Assembly (NCBI RefSeq): GCF_006345805.1
Contig: NC_042999.1
Span: 73,346,001-73,410,000 of the forward strand
Length of the DNA: 64,000 nucleotides
Source: Octopus sinensis
Lineage: Eukaryota
Direction of reading: 5' to 3'
Of this stretch, positions 45,124-58,302 are shown piece after piece; position 1 is the stretch's first letter; every line of letters starts with the position of its first letter. The position numbers and the translations under genes are program-made. The notes below the pieces were generated by a model. That model did not search any database and had not been told where the DNA came from. It saw only the letters and a program-made list of their open reading frames with translations.

Positions 45124-48100
45124 CGCGCGTGCATGTATGGTGTGTGTGTGTGTGTGTGTTTGCACGTTTTCATGCCTATATAGTTGTGCATGTAAATACG
45201 CGGCGGTTGGTTAAGGCGGAAGACGGGATAGCCCAGAATAAACAAATATTTTAATCGGAATTTACAAACTGAATAGATTTTTGGATCATTATGATTTCTA
45301 TTGTATTGTTAATAGCTTGATATTGAATGATAAATTGTAAAGGTCTGTTTAGATTTCGCCTCAAATACAACAAAATGTTTCTATAAAACCAGTGTTTTAA
45401 AATGTCCGTTGTATCAAGCTTCCCCTACTTCGGCACTTTTAAACGCGAGCAGTTTTTGTTTCCTAAACTTGTTAGAGGAAGAGTAAGGTATATTATAATG
45501 ATTTCTAATTTAGATACAAAGCCAATAATTTCAGGCAGGAGAGTTTAGTCTATTACATAGCCCCCAAGGTTTTACTTTAACGACTTCAGCAGGATGAAAA
45601 GTAATAGAACTCAGCAATAATTGAACTGAGCGATAATTGAACTCAGAACGTAAAGTGTCGGAACAAATATCGCGAAGGATGCTACCAGATGTTCTAACGA
45701 TTCTTCCAATCTAACATCCTTGCAGCAGTATAAAATAATATATCATAACATAAGTTAATACCAAATTATCCAAGTGAGGATGGTATACCACTAAATCCTC
45801 CTTGTATCACTGCCTCTAATCTTAAACAAGAATGGGATGCATTAAATATTATAGTCCTATATTATTCCTGAAAAGGCGGCATGATCATGGCTGGAATTCT
45901 TATAACCATAGGTCATCTCAGTAGAAGTTGACCTGAAGGCTACACAGTATCATCCTCATCTTCACCATCGACTTTTTATCGTACATCTGTGGAGAATCAG
46001 CTTAAAGTCCCTTCCCTACCATCTTCAGGCTTTTACCAAATATGGAGTTGAACTAAACTCTGTTATTAATGGAGGCCGATGCTACTCTGTTTACTGGAAC
46101 GGCCTCGTTCAAATTTTTTTTAAATCACATCCTCATATCTTAAACCTTTTAGTTAAAATTCACTGCATTTAGATACGAATCTGTTTCAATTCTACGCGCC
46201 TCATTACGTAACTACCGGCGTGCTTAGCAAGTTTGTTTTGCAACTATGGTAAAATGTACGTATAATATTCATCTCGATTGTAGGGAGCCTAAATTGTTTT
46301 AAAAACTTTATATCATCTATACCACAAATAACATAATGTACACACCCCTTATTTTAATTTTCATTTTGTTGAAAAAAAAAGGGGTTATACAAAGACTTTA
46401 CGTTATGTAGTTACGGGCTCCATCGTACTACAAGCATCTTGGACATGAGTCATCTTGGACATAGAGCCAATACTCAACTATATCTCACAATGGTGCCTAT
46501 TTGTGCTTAGTATTTCCAATCGGTTTTTCAATGCACTACATGAAATATATTCACCACTATTTAACGTTGATTTTTTTAGGCGAAAAATTTGGCAAAGTAG
46601 GTGTTTTTTAATGCTAATTTTCCACTGCTATTCGGATTATAATATAGTAATTCTATTTAGAGCAAATAATAGTATATCTATGCTACACAGAAAAGACCTA
46701 ATACAACCGAAATTTATCCAGAGTTATCACCCGTACAGAAATGATTAAAATAAAATCCTCTCCTCATCAAGTTAGTATTTTGATAATAAGGTTTTTGATA
46801 AGTAACATTAGGTATGATGTTTCTAATTAAGAGTCACTGAATATTTTCTAAGGATTTGGCTAGCGCTGCTGACTGTAAACAAATTTCGTGGCACTATACC
46901 GACATCAACTTCGCCAATTACCACTTCAATATTTGCATTGGTTGGTTGAGGTGGCGAACAGGCAGAATTGTTAGCAAGCCGGACAAAATGCTTAGCGGCA
47001 TTTCGTCCGTCCCCACGTTCTGAGCTCAAATTCTGCCAAGGTTGACTTTGCCTTTCCTCCTTTCGGGGTAGATAAAATAAGTACTATATGAGCCCTGGGG
47101 TCAATGTAATCGACTAGCCCCCACCTCCGAAATTGTTGGCTTTGTGCCAAAATTTGAAGCTAATATTTGCATTAGTTTCGTGCTGGCTCTCATAAGTTAA
47201 TGATCCACAGTATCCTCCTTCCTGTTGGAGTCAACGACTGAGTCAATACGTGGTTGCTCAACCAATTAGAAAAAGCAGCTTAATTTCCCTCGAATCTTAA
47301 ATTTTAAAAAGTATACATTAGATAATATAGTCTTACATACTTCTTAAAAGGCGGGATGGTCAAAGCTGGAACGACTTTAATCATGGGTCATCCCAGTTGA
47401 GGTTGACCTGGAGCTACCCATCATCATCATCGACTTCCTGTTGTATGTCTGTAAAGAGTCATTCTAATGGTTCTTTCTCGGCTTTCTTCAAATCATTGCC
47501 TAATGTGAAGTCGAAATCGTTGCTGTTAGTAGAAGCCGACAAGGGAGCTTCTATGTGGTCTGTCTGTCTGCTAAAAATAGTAGCCAAATCTCCGTGGAAT
47601 CACACCCTTGTATCTTTTTAAAAAGAAAAGGCACAATTGCATAATGTAATCACAGGTGTATTATGCCAAAAAAAATTCAGACAGGATGGTCACGTCTGGA
47701 ACACCTTTTATCATATTTGTCAGGACTAATCTGAGACAAAACAACAAAGTGCTTGTTGTTTAGTAGCAGGAAGAAACTAGTGTAGGTTCAATATTCAACT
47801 ATATTCTCACTTTCAATAAATTGATCATGTTCTTAATCAAAATGATATATTGTTACATTTTCTCTTATCGCTGTCATATTATTTGGTCCGATTCTTTACA
47901 TTTATGTTCAAATCCACCGAAGTCAACTTTGCCTTTCATCCTTCCCGGGTCGGTAAAATAAAGTACCATTCAAGTACCTGGATCGATCCCATTGACTATC
48001 CTCTCCCCAAAATTTTAGCAACTATGCTTATATTTGAAACATTTATTGTTGTTGTTGTTGTTGTTACATTTTGAAGCGATGGAATGCAGACTAGCAGGAA

Positions 48101-48764
48101 CACCTTCGATTATTTAAGTCTTTTTTTTCATTCTCAGTTCAAATCATGTCGAAGTCGTCTTTACTTCTATACTTCTGGGGTTGATAAAATAAATAGCAGG
48201 CGAGTACTGGAGTCCTATTCTCACATAACTGAATTTCAATATTTCTAGACGTCAGCACTTGTCTGGCATTATATTTACTTTATCGATCCCAGAAAGAAGA
48301 AAACCAAAGTCAAACATGGCTGCGTTGAAAATCAGATCATAAAGCGACGTCATAAAATATCGAAAACTATTTTTTTTTTCGTCCAGCTCTCTACCGACTT
48401 CAAAATACATCACTCATTCACATACAAAACTATTAACATTCATGCTAGTTCAAAGGCAGTTACCTGACAGAATTGTTATAACGTAGGGTAAAAAAAAATG
48501 CTTTGATGTATTTCTTCAGTTTCATTACGTTCTAAATTCAAATTCCGCAAAAGTTGACTTTACCTTTCATCCTTTCGGAGTCTATAAAATAAGTACCAGT
48601 CAATCGACTTGTCTCTTACCCTCAAAATAGCTCGCCTTGTATTCAAATTAGAAAGAAGTATTAATATCAGTTCAATTGAAATTTACAGAATCTTGTAAAT
48701 GTTTTTTTTTTTTACTTTTTGTTTATTTGTCTTTAATTTTTATTTTTTATTTTTTTATACTCAG

Positions 48765-48952
48765 GTAAAAATTACGTCCATATGTTTTTGCTTCCTTTTG
48801 GGATTGGGAGTATTGTTTGATTCCTGGGCTGAAGCCGGCTGCGCCAGACCTTGCCTTTTGAGTTTCTTTCGGTGTGTCAGAAGCGTTGAAGAAGAATGCT
48901 GTAGTGGTTACAGAACTTGCATGAAAGATGCCTGTGATGTCGCAAATCCATC
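48765..48952 (+). CDS. Prohormone coding exon 2: signal peptide and most of the Cys-rich peptide
   Basis: Long polypyrimidine tract plus tcAG| acceptor. Reads VKITSICFCFLLGLGVLFDSWAEA/GCARPCLLSFFRCVRSVEEECCSGYRTCMKDACDVANP, then a TC|GTAAGT donor (phase 2). Confidence 0.9.
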
Positions 48953-49022
48953 GTAAGTACAACTGTTCCACTTTCATATAATTAATCCTTGTATCGAACC
49001 CTGATCTGTTGGTTCTCTTAGT

Positions 49023-49126
<104 letters not shown>

Positions 49127-51001
49127 AGAGAATAGAAGGAATTTTATAACAGTGCATGACTTTTCGAATAACGTTATTGCCGTGAGAATACAATGACACC
49201 AGATGTGAAGATATTTTGCTCTCAACATCCTATACCGTCTAATTGTGAGTGAAAGTCCGCTTTCGGTAGCATAGCTCCTTAGTGTCATCAGTAGGAAGAC
49301 AGACAAGCTAATGAATCACTGTGCAATAGCTCGAATGTAATAAATAACAACCAAGTATCCTTCAACTCAAATCCCACTATCTTAAGAAGGAAGTACATAT
49401 CGAACAATGTAGTCCGATATGATCTTTAAAACACAAATCACACATTTTGATCGAAGTATATAAATGGTTAAATCCTTCTCGGTACTTCTACTTACTTTAT
49501 TGACCCCGGAATAATAAAATGTAAATTTGATGCGATAAGATGAGATATTGACAAAATGAAGTGTTTTTGCTGGACACAAAATACAGTCCATGGTCTATGG
49601 TATACGAAGAATTAGAATGTTTTTTCACTGGATTCTCTGCAGTTCTCAAGTTTACTTTATATCTAGATTAATAGTGGATGTGTTGCTTATTTCATAATAG
49701 ATTCATGGTGGATCTGTTGTTTACTTCATTATAGACACTTGCTAACATCAGAGCCTCTATGTGGTCGCTCGATCTGCTAGAAATATCAGTAACTGAATCT
49801 CTCTCTCAAAACACACCCTATAGTCTTGGAAAAGAAAGAACTCTCGGGATAATGAAGTTAAAGATGAGAAAATCACAGCTGGAACGTCTCTAATCAAAGG
49901 TTTGCTCAGTCAGGATTCAATCTAAACTAAATAGGGAACAACATATTCCAGTCCTTTCCAATCACAGAGTCTTTGTAGCATCTGAATTCTGTTCCTTGAG
50001 TTCGCAACAACTACAGTACTTCGATATCTAGTTTTCACATATATACAGTAAGATCACTTGAATACAAATCATTGATATTGTTTTTCTAAAATCGTTCCGT
50101 GCTTTAGAGATCTAAGCTCCAGTCTTGAATGTGGAGCAACTTTTACATTTATTGTAGGTAGTAGATATAATTGTTCAAAAGTTTGAATGGGATACAGATA
50201 ATTTTAGTAAAAAAAAATGATTAATGCAAATAAATTAAATCACAAATGATGTACAATAATTATTTAATGTATATAAAAGTCAGCTTTCGAATTTGATCAT
50301 TTATATTAAAGTTATTTTACACTTTCTTATTAGTCAGTAATGTTTTGTACGAAACAATAATGTTGTTCAGTTCATTAATATTTCAAGACCTTTTCAATAT
50401 CATCCATATCATTCCATTAGAATCCTCAAAGTTGTAATACGTACAAGGTGGTTGTCAACTTAACGGTGTTGTGTAAGCTGTTATTGATTTTAAATGTCAG
50501 CAAGGAAATTGCTGACAATCATTGCCTTTAACATCTAGGATTACATAGTTTACCGATGATGGTCATACTAGTCTACGAGTTGACAGCCACCATGTATGTA
50601 TCATAACTCTTAGAATTCTAATAAAATATCTTCCATGACAGTATACGAAAGTTTAACATCGTTACGTGTGAACGCAGTTAACGGCAGCCATTTTAATCGT
50701 CTGGCAACACATTTGCATGAGCTTTTCAAACATTTCTTAAATGATTTTACCACGATTAGAATGTGTTGCTTGAGAAAAAGGACGAGTTTCCTAATTGCCT
50801 CGCATTTTCGTAAATGATTAGATAGTTATAGCTGTGTTTTTCCCCAGACAAATAGAAAATCGGCGTTAGTGATACACTTCATAAAAATTGATGAATGCAA
50901 TACTAAATAATTATATAGTTAATTTATCTGGCTAGGAATTGTCTCTTAAAATTAATGTCTGAGTACATCATTGTGTATATATATATGTGTGTGTGTGTGT
51001 A

Positions 51002-51032
<31 letters not shown>

Positions 51033-51144
51033 ATGTATACATGTATAAAAATATGTGAGATAGAAATTAATTCACGCGACTCTTTATTTAGAGCCACTAC
51101 GATAGTTTCGACCCATCATACACCGGTACCTTATATATATAACA

Positions 51145-51188
51145 AAACTGCCCGACGAACGGGAACGTGAAACTCCGAGTAACAGCTT
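51145..51188 (+). ncRNA. Degenerate minimal hammerhead motif
   Basis: aactgc-CCGACGA-acg-ggaa-cgt-GAAA-CTCCGAG-TA-acagc. The core has C in place of U. Confidence 0.5.
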
Positions 51189-51287
51189 TTGTTAAATTTC
51201 TGCTACTTTTAAATAAAGCATATTACTCTACCTCTGGTATTTGAGTACTCTTTTTTCCACCTTGTTTCACATTTATGGGTTTACTCC

Positions 51288-51320
<33 letters not shown>

Positions 51321-51416
51321 CGGGAAGCTTTATGAAAATAAACAAAAGACGAAGGCAGGTCGAAAACAAACGAACAATTGTATTAGTATGGCGCTCAGGA
51401 AATATAAATAAAACAA

Positions 51417-51455
51417 GTCTTTAACGTTTCGAGCCTACGCTCTTCAACAGAAAGA
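51417..51455 (-). ncRNA. Degenerate minimal hammerhead motif; more decayed relative at 39651-39698
   Basis: Minus strand tcttt-CTGTTGA-a-gagc-gtag-gctc-GAAA-CGTT-aaaga. The core deviates from CUGANGA. Confidence 0.5.
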
Positions 51456-51826
51456 TACACAGAGAGAGAAAAACACAATATATATATATATATATATATA
51501 AGTATAGACATATATATACAAATATATACGTATATAGCATTATGTGCGTGTGTGTGTTTGTGCTTGTGTGTGTGTGTGTGTGTTTTATTTGTTTAGCACA
51601 TGACTTGATCAGAGGCAATATGTTAAAACTGAAACAATTTACATTATAGAAGGGTTATATGAGCCATTTAAATAAACAAACTCCTTTTTATGGACATTTC
51701 GCTTATTTCTTAATAACATTATCTGTTATGCAGACACTTTTGACACTTCATCGTAGATTAAACTTTCAAGACCTAAACAAAAAGTGCATAAAACGGTTTT
51801 TGTGTCTTCTTTAAAATGACTTTTCC

Positions 51827-51873
<47 letters not shown>

Positions 51874-53950
51874 ACACAAACGCACACGCACACACACACA
51901 CACAAATACGAGCTCGATTGCTTTCCATATACTTTTCGTCTACGAAATCCCACTGAAAGTATTGGTAAACCTACGGCTGGGAAAAGTAGAAGACTGTACA
52001 GTAGTCCCAGCTACCGTACAGTGGGATCGAACTTGGAGCCACTTTGTTGCAAAGCGAACTTCTTAATCAGACGGCCAGCCATGCCGACACTTCATATGGT
52101 TTCGGATAGCATAACTGCACAGAATCACATGCATACGCATTCACATATACACACACAACATAGACACATTCATATATATCAAAACATATACACATACGCG
52201 CATGCGCATATCCACAAGGGTTCTTTTGTACAGTTTCACTGGAAATATTCTCTTTCTTAGTCAACAGTGTATTAAGGCGAAGTGGCAGAATTGTTAGAGC
52301 ATCCAACAGAATAGTTTGCTTTATTTGTTCCGTCTATCATCGCTCTAAGTTCAAATTTCGTTGAAGTCAACTCATCTTTTCATTCTTTTGGAGTTGATAA
52401 ATAAAGTATCAGGCTAAGGTGGTGGATTGGTGGAATTGTAAAGGATTTGTGTGAGTTCCGGCTCAGTGTCTTTTGAGTTCAAATCCCGTCTTCACTAACG
52501 GAAAAATAAAACACATCAGTTAAGAATTGCAACTGACAGGTACTATCAGCAATTGAAAAAAAAGGCACTTGAAACATGGTTTCTAGATTCGTTCAGAAGA
52601 TCAGCTGTGAATATGATGAAATGCTTGATCAAGAATACCCTCCATTTTGGGTTGAGATTTCCATATCAATTGTGTTACTGTTTTACCAACTTCTTAATGT
52701 ATCTTATTTTAAACAGAGGGCCTTATAATTTGTATACAACACCTCAGTTAATCCCAAATAGGTATTTGCCGATGTCAACCCAGTAGTGAGTGCTTATGTT
52801 TTACAATGAACACCTAATTTTAATAAGTACTCATCTGTTTATAAAGCAGCTTCTTCTTCATAGTATGAGTCAACGAAGGTGCCTTTACGTAGTTGCTTTA
52901 CCTGCTAGGAATAAGAGTCAAAATATTACACAAATTACACCCTACCGTCTTAGAAAATGAAGGGCGCTTTTGGATAACGTAATCCTGGACACACTATACA
53001 TAAAATGACGGAGGGGTCACGACTAGAACCGTTATGGTCAAAGGCCTGTTTGGTCAGATTTAAGCAAGGATTAAGCAACAATATACAATTTCAGTTATAT
53101 TTCTCAGTAAACTATTAAGCTATATTAAACGGCATATTTACCTTGAGTATTTATTCCGTGGTACTTAGCAGACACAGAGTTTCCTATAACATGATAACTA
53201 CTTAAAACACATGGCAGGTATAAATGAATTTGCAGTCATGATAATGCTATATCTGTAGATACAAAGAGCGGGGATGATTAAGTTAGTGTCTGGCAAAAAT
53301 TACGTTTCTTTACAGTCCAGCTAAGGATTAGTTTGCCTTTCCTCTTTCCTAATAATATACAACCTCCTCCACTCCAAACAAACAGTTCTCTCCATATGTT
53401 ACTGTAGTAAAACCAATATTTCTGTCAACAAAATGTTTTTACAGTTGTTTAATTCTAGATCCTCTCTGATGAAAGAAGCTGATGGTGAAAGTCGTTCTAG
53501 TTGTGAACATTTCATCTCATTTAGAACCACATTTCCTTTTAAGACAGTCAGATATTGTTTGGAGGAGATTTGGTTAGTATTTCCAGCTGGTCGGGTTATG
53601 ACGTAAAAGCTCCCTAGTTGGTTCGTGCCAGAGTTTCGATAACTCTCAAGGTAACAACGGCCTACATATTTCAAAATATAAGGTATCCATGTTGGGCATT
53701 TTTGCTCTTATTACTGCTGCAAGTAACATTTATTCAAAATACTGCATAGTATCAGTGTTACAATATGATGTTACGCTCATCAGGTAAAAGAAATCAATCT
53801 GCTTTACGTATAAATATCTTGTATGAGAAGTTGAGGAAATCCAATCTCCTTACTGTAGACCATCCAACTAACACGTTATGGCCTTTGTTTTAGAAAATAG
53901 TACCGCAAATTTGAGCTCATTATTATTTTTTCTTTCTCTTTGCTTTTTAG

Positions 53951-54182
53951 ATGCAATGATAATGTCGGTAAACGAAGTGGCTGGTATAAACGTGGAAGTT
54001 GGGACAAACGTGGAAGTTGGAATAAGAAAAGTGATGATCAAACCAAACGCGGCAGCTGGAACAAACGTTCGGATGAAGAGGACAGCAAACGAGGCAGCTG
54101 GAACAAACGACAAGAAACGGAAGACTTCTCTGAAGCAATGCTTAAGAAAGTCCTTAATGAAAACTATGGAGTCCACTTGTAA
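53951..54182 (+). CDS. Prohormone coding exon 3: last Cys, amidation signal and GSWN-type peptide repeats
   Basis: tttctttctctttgctttttAG| acceptor in phase 2 (TC+A = Ser). Reads CNDNV-GKR-SGWY-KR-GSWD-KR-GSWN-KK-SDDQT-KR-GSWN-KR-SDEEDS-KR-GSWN-KR-QETEDFSEAML-KK-VLNENYGVHL-stop. Confidence 0.93.
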
Positions 54183-54412
54183 ACAAATTATACTAATAAT
54201 ACATATATATAGAAACATGTATATTATGATAAAATGTGAACTAAACTTTTCCTCTGGGATATTAACTGCATACAAATGGAAAGGATTATTACACGCCGGT
54301 TAGAACGAATGCCAAGACATTTCTTCTGTAAGATTCTTCGCAGCTAACAGTATGGAATTTAAAGGCTCTTCAAACCAACCTGCATTTTAAACATTTCATG
54401 CTTTTTTTTTTT

Positions 54413-54418
54413 AATAAA
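54413..54418 (+). terminator. Putative polyadenylation signal
   Basis: AATAAA about 230 nt after the stop codon, followed by T-rich sequence. Confidence 0.6.
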
Positions 54419-55027
54419 TTCATTTTCCTGAAACCGTTTCTTTCTTCGTTATTTTTAAAAATCATTTATCTGTTATATCTTTTATTTTATATATTACTTT
54501 TATTGGTTACCTTATGATTATCGGATGATCTCTTATTGTTGCGGATATCAGTAAAAAATCTGAACCAGACGAGTTTGGAATCTACATGTATTTTTACTTT
54601 GCCTTTCAGGTTGCTATATTAAATATGATGACTGAACTAGCAATAAAGTAAAGAAAATATATACATACATATGTGTGTGCATAGTAAAAACTGTTTTCCA
54701 ATTTTAATTACAAGAACAGCAAGTTTAAGGAGAGAGGACTAGTCGATCACATTGACCCGAATACCTGACTAGTATTTTATTTTATCAACCCCGAAAGAAT
54801 GAAAGGCAGAGCTGATGTAAAGAGCCAAAAGAAATATTGTTCAACATTTTCTCCGTTATGCTAACGATTCTTCTAGCTCTTTCTATTATAGGCACAAGGC
54901 CTGAAATTTTGGGACTAGTCGATTACACTGACACCAGTGTTCAGCTGGTACTTATTTTATTGATGAAAAGCCGTTAAGCATTTTGCCCGGGGTGCTAAAG
55001 GTTCTGCCACCTTACCGTCTAATAATA

Positions 55028-55096
<69 letters not shown>

Positions 55097-55114
55097 TAAT
55101 AATAATAATAATAA

Positions 55115-55648
55115 ATGCCCTGATGCAGTACCAGACACTGGCCTCTCATGGTTTCTCATCTTAGCTGATTGGAAGTGTTATGTACATTGTTTTCTCTTGG
55201 TATAAAAGACGGGCTACAGCAAATACCACAGGTTTGCTTATCAGTTGTTTGATCTTAACCAGTTGAGCATTTCCCTTTGTGGCTGGAGATATGTGCATCA
55301 CTGATCATGAGCAGAAGTAGTGGGGAAGCCATGTGTTTAGAGAAATTCTCTGGGGTTTGAATAATTCACGTTTGGAAACATCGGCGTTTTGTTCAACATC
55401 ATTAAACAAACCTTATTCAAGGACCTTTTGAGTAGGATGGGCTACTCAACTTGTAAAAAATTCTAACTGGGCCACACCTGCTAGGTCATGCACTGCTAAT
55501 CTTGATATGAGATCACCATGTTGTGCACATATGATTGTGATGCATGTCCCTGGTGTACTCTTATCAGACGGGTAGTCATGATGGGTATACTAAGCTTCGT
55601 ATATTTTACCCCAGTGTCACTTTGAAGGCATGCACTGCTCTCTCACTC
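55115..55648. mobile_element. 540-bp (AAT)n-inserted element, copy 2
   Basis: Collinear with 41336-41875, with (AAT)n on both sides. Confidence 0.85.
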
Positions 55649-55714
<66 letters not shown>

Positions 55715-55719
55715 TTTTA

Positions 55720-56460
55720 CTGGCCACAAGAGCCGCAAATAAACATTTTGGAAAAAACAAAGTCAAAGTACAATGGGGATTTACATAGTGACATTGTAAT
55801 CAATATAATTGCAATTAACAAGAAAATTCTGACAACAAAATTCCCCAATAGTGGGGAAAAGCCACTCGGGGATAACCAAGGAATCCCACATATCCCTTTG
55901 TCACCTTCCTCACCAAGAATACTGATGCCAGTGCTCCTCTCTCCTCCATACTTTTCAGCCTAGAAGCGTATGCTTAAAATGAGTCCATTCACTCGCTACA
56001 TTCCCATACTTTCACCCATATTCACCCTCAAATCAATGGCGCCCTGGCAAAAATGGAAATTGTTTACCGTCAGTCATTTCAGTCGCGCCCACCACACAAC
56101 CATATTCGCCGTTGCCACCAGTCAGAGCAAGAAAATCTGTCCTTCACTGCCAAAGGTAGACGGCGGGACAATTTTTACGAAGGAGTCGGCCGATAACCCG
56201 ATCTGGTCTGCACGTGTTAGCAGCTGCTCCACATAAATCCACAAATCAGAAATGCTTGAACACTGTACGAGCGCGCCTGCCATCACTACCATACCTACAG
56301 GATTTGTCAGGGATTTCTGGAAATTATCCATGGATTCTGGCCCAAAAATCCTCGGGAAAAAGACCAGCCAGTTGATTTTCATAAACACCAAGTTCCCCTA
56401 AGGGCGCCATCACTCTTACCTTCTGCTAATCTTCTATAGGACATCCACCGACCACATTGC
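55720..56460 (-). mobile_element. Probable L1/Tx1-like LINE 3' remnant
   Basis: ALVQCSSISDLWIYVEQLL resembles the ORF2 region after the C-terminal zinc knuckle. Only weakly supported. Confidence 0.4.
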
Positions 56461-56486
56461 CCGACTGGCACTTAATAATATTAATA

Positions 56487-58208
56487 ATATTCCTGGGAGA
56501 CACGCTCTCTCCACTCCTTTTCTGCTTGGCACTGACACATTTATCTGACATGCTAAACAGAATTGGATGTGAATACAACTATTATGGCAAAATCAATCAA
56601 CCATCTCTTGTATATGGATGGCCTAAAGCTGTATGCTACAAATAAAAAAAAACAGCTGGAAACATTACTACAGAGGGCTCATGGATGTAGCAAAGAAACA
56701 AATATGAAATTTGGCTTTAAAAAATGTGCCACGGCAACCTTGTAAAGAAGAAAACTAATTAAGAGTAACAACATCACAGTAGATAAAGAAAATGAAATAA
56801 GAATTAGACCAAAGCCAGACGTACAAATTCTTAGGAATAAATGAACTAGATCCGATACAACACACACAAATGAAAGAGAAGAAAAGAAATGAATACTATA
56901 GACGAGTTAGATTAATAATAGGTTACAGCTACAATATTCTTAACTGGACATTAAATTAACTAATCAAAATAGACAGGAAAACAAGAAAAATAATGACAGG
57001 ATTTAGGATGCACCACCTAAACTTTGACATAGAAAGGCTATATGTACAACGTATATATAGGCTATATATACAACGTATATATTGTAGAGGCCTTATATAG
57101 CTAGAGAACTATTACAAAATAACCACCAAAGGACTACAGAAATATCTACTTCAGAAGCAAGGAAAACTAATACAAATAGCCACAAAACATGAACAAACCG
57201 AAAAAAAATTGTTTTCTGTCTTTAAGGAAGCTGACAAACACAAAAACGAAGTCATAGTACCTAACAACTATAAAGAAAACGGAGTGTAAAACAACTGAAA
57301 TCTAAACTAAAACTGGAACAGCAATGTATCATGATAAAACAATGGCAAGAAAAGCCCCTACATGGAAAATACTGGGTTAAGCTAAACAGAAAAGAAATAG
57401 ACGAAGCAAAATCCAAAAAATGGCTGAGAAGCTCAGGACTCAAACTAGAAACTGAAGGATTTTTAATTGCAGCACAAGATCAAATCCTTTTCCACCAGAA
57501 ATTACCAAAAACACATAATGAAAAGAATTACAAGTAACTGCAGAATATGTGGTGATGGAGAAGAAACAGTAAATCATATTGTCTCTGGCTACCCAGTCTT
57601 GGCTAAGAAGGAATATAATCACAGACACGATAGAGTTGCGACCTACATACACTAGAAGTTATGCCAATACCATGGAATAACAACAGGAAAAAAGATGGTA
57701 CAGGTACAACCCAGAGAAGATCACCGAAAAATTAGAAAGCAACCATACTCTGGGATATGCCTATACACACAGATAGAGAAATTAAGGCTAAAAAGCCGAA
57801 TATAGTTGTCAGAGATACCAAAAGAAGAAAAAATACTTTCTAATCGATGTATCAATACCAACAGATGACAATGTTTCTCTAAAAGAAACGGAGAAACTTT
57901 CAAAATACAAAGATCTGGAAATACTGGTAACTCGAATATGCAGCCTAAAAACAGAAGCAATTCCTATTAAAGCAGGCGCATTAGGTGTGATTTAAAAAAA
58001 CATTCAGATAAATGCATAACAAAAACACCAGGACTAACAAGTATATATAACATACAGAAAATAACATTGCTAGTCACCGCACACGTCCTACGTAAAACAC
58101 ATTCAATATAGTGAAAATAAGAGAACCACAACAAACCACAGCACATACCCAAGGCACACAGAGCATCGCTCGGTAGTGCAGTGAAAGCACTTGACAAAAA
58201 TAAGACTA

Positions 58209-58211
<3 letters not shown>
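56487..58211 (+). mobile_element. Older 5'-truncated R4/Dong-like retrotransposon (many frameshifts)
   Basis: IFLGDTLSPLLFCLAL, INHLLYMDGLKLYA, KPLHGKY, ETEGFLIAAQDQ and CRICGDGEETVNHIVSG. Ends in (AAT)n. Confidence 0.9.

Positions 58212-58300
<89 letters not shown>

Positions 58301-58302
<2 letters not shown>

Noticed and set aside
48699-48764. Upstream ATG giving a Phe-rich N-terminus (MFFFFTFCLF...) as a single-exon start
   Set aside because: The Phe-rich stretch is the translated polypyrimidine tract of the acceptor at 48764. The ATG|GTAAGT exon at 30582 gives a normal-length signal peptide. Not formally excluded without cDNA.
49245-49295. Minus-strand CTGATGA...GAAA hammerhead candidate
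   Set aside because: No convincing stem I, II or III pairing could be drawn.
53868-54303. Longer overlapping ORFs 53878..54303 (+) and 53868..54275 (-)
   Set aside because: These are shadow frames of the repetitive prohormone exon. Only the 53940 frame has KR-flanked repeats and matches the phase of the exon 2 donor.
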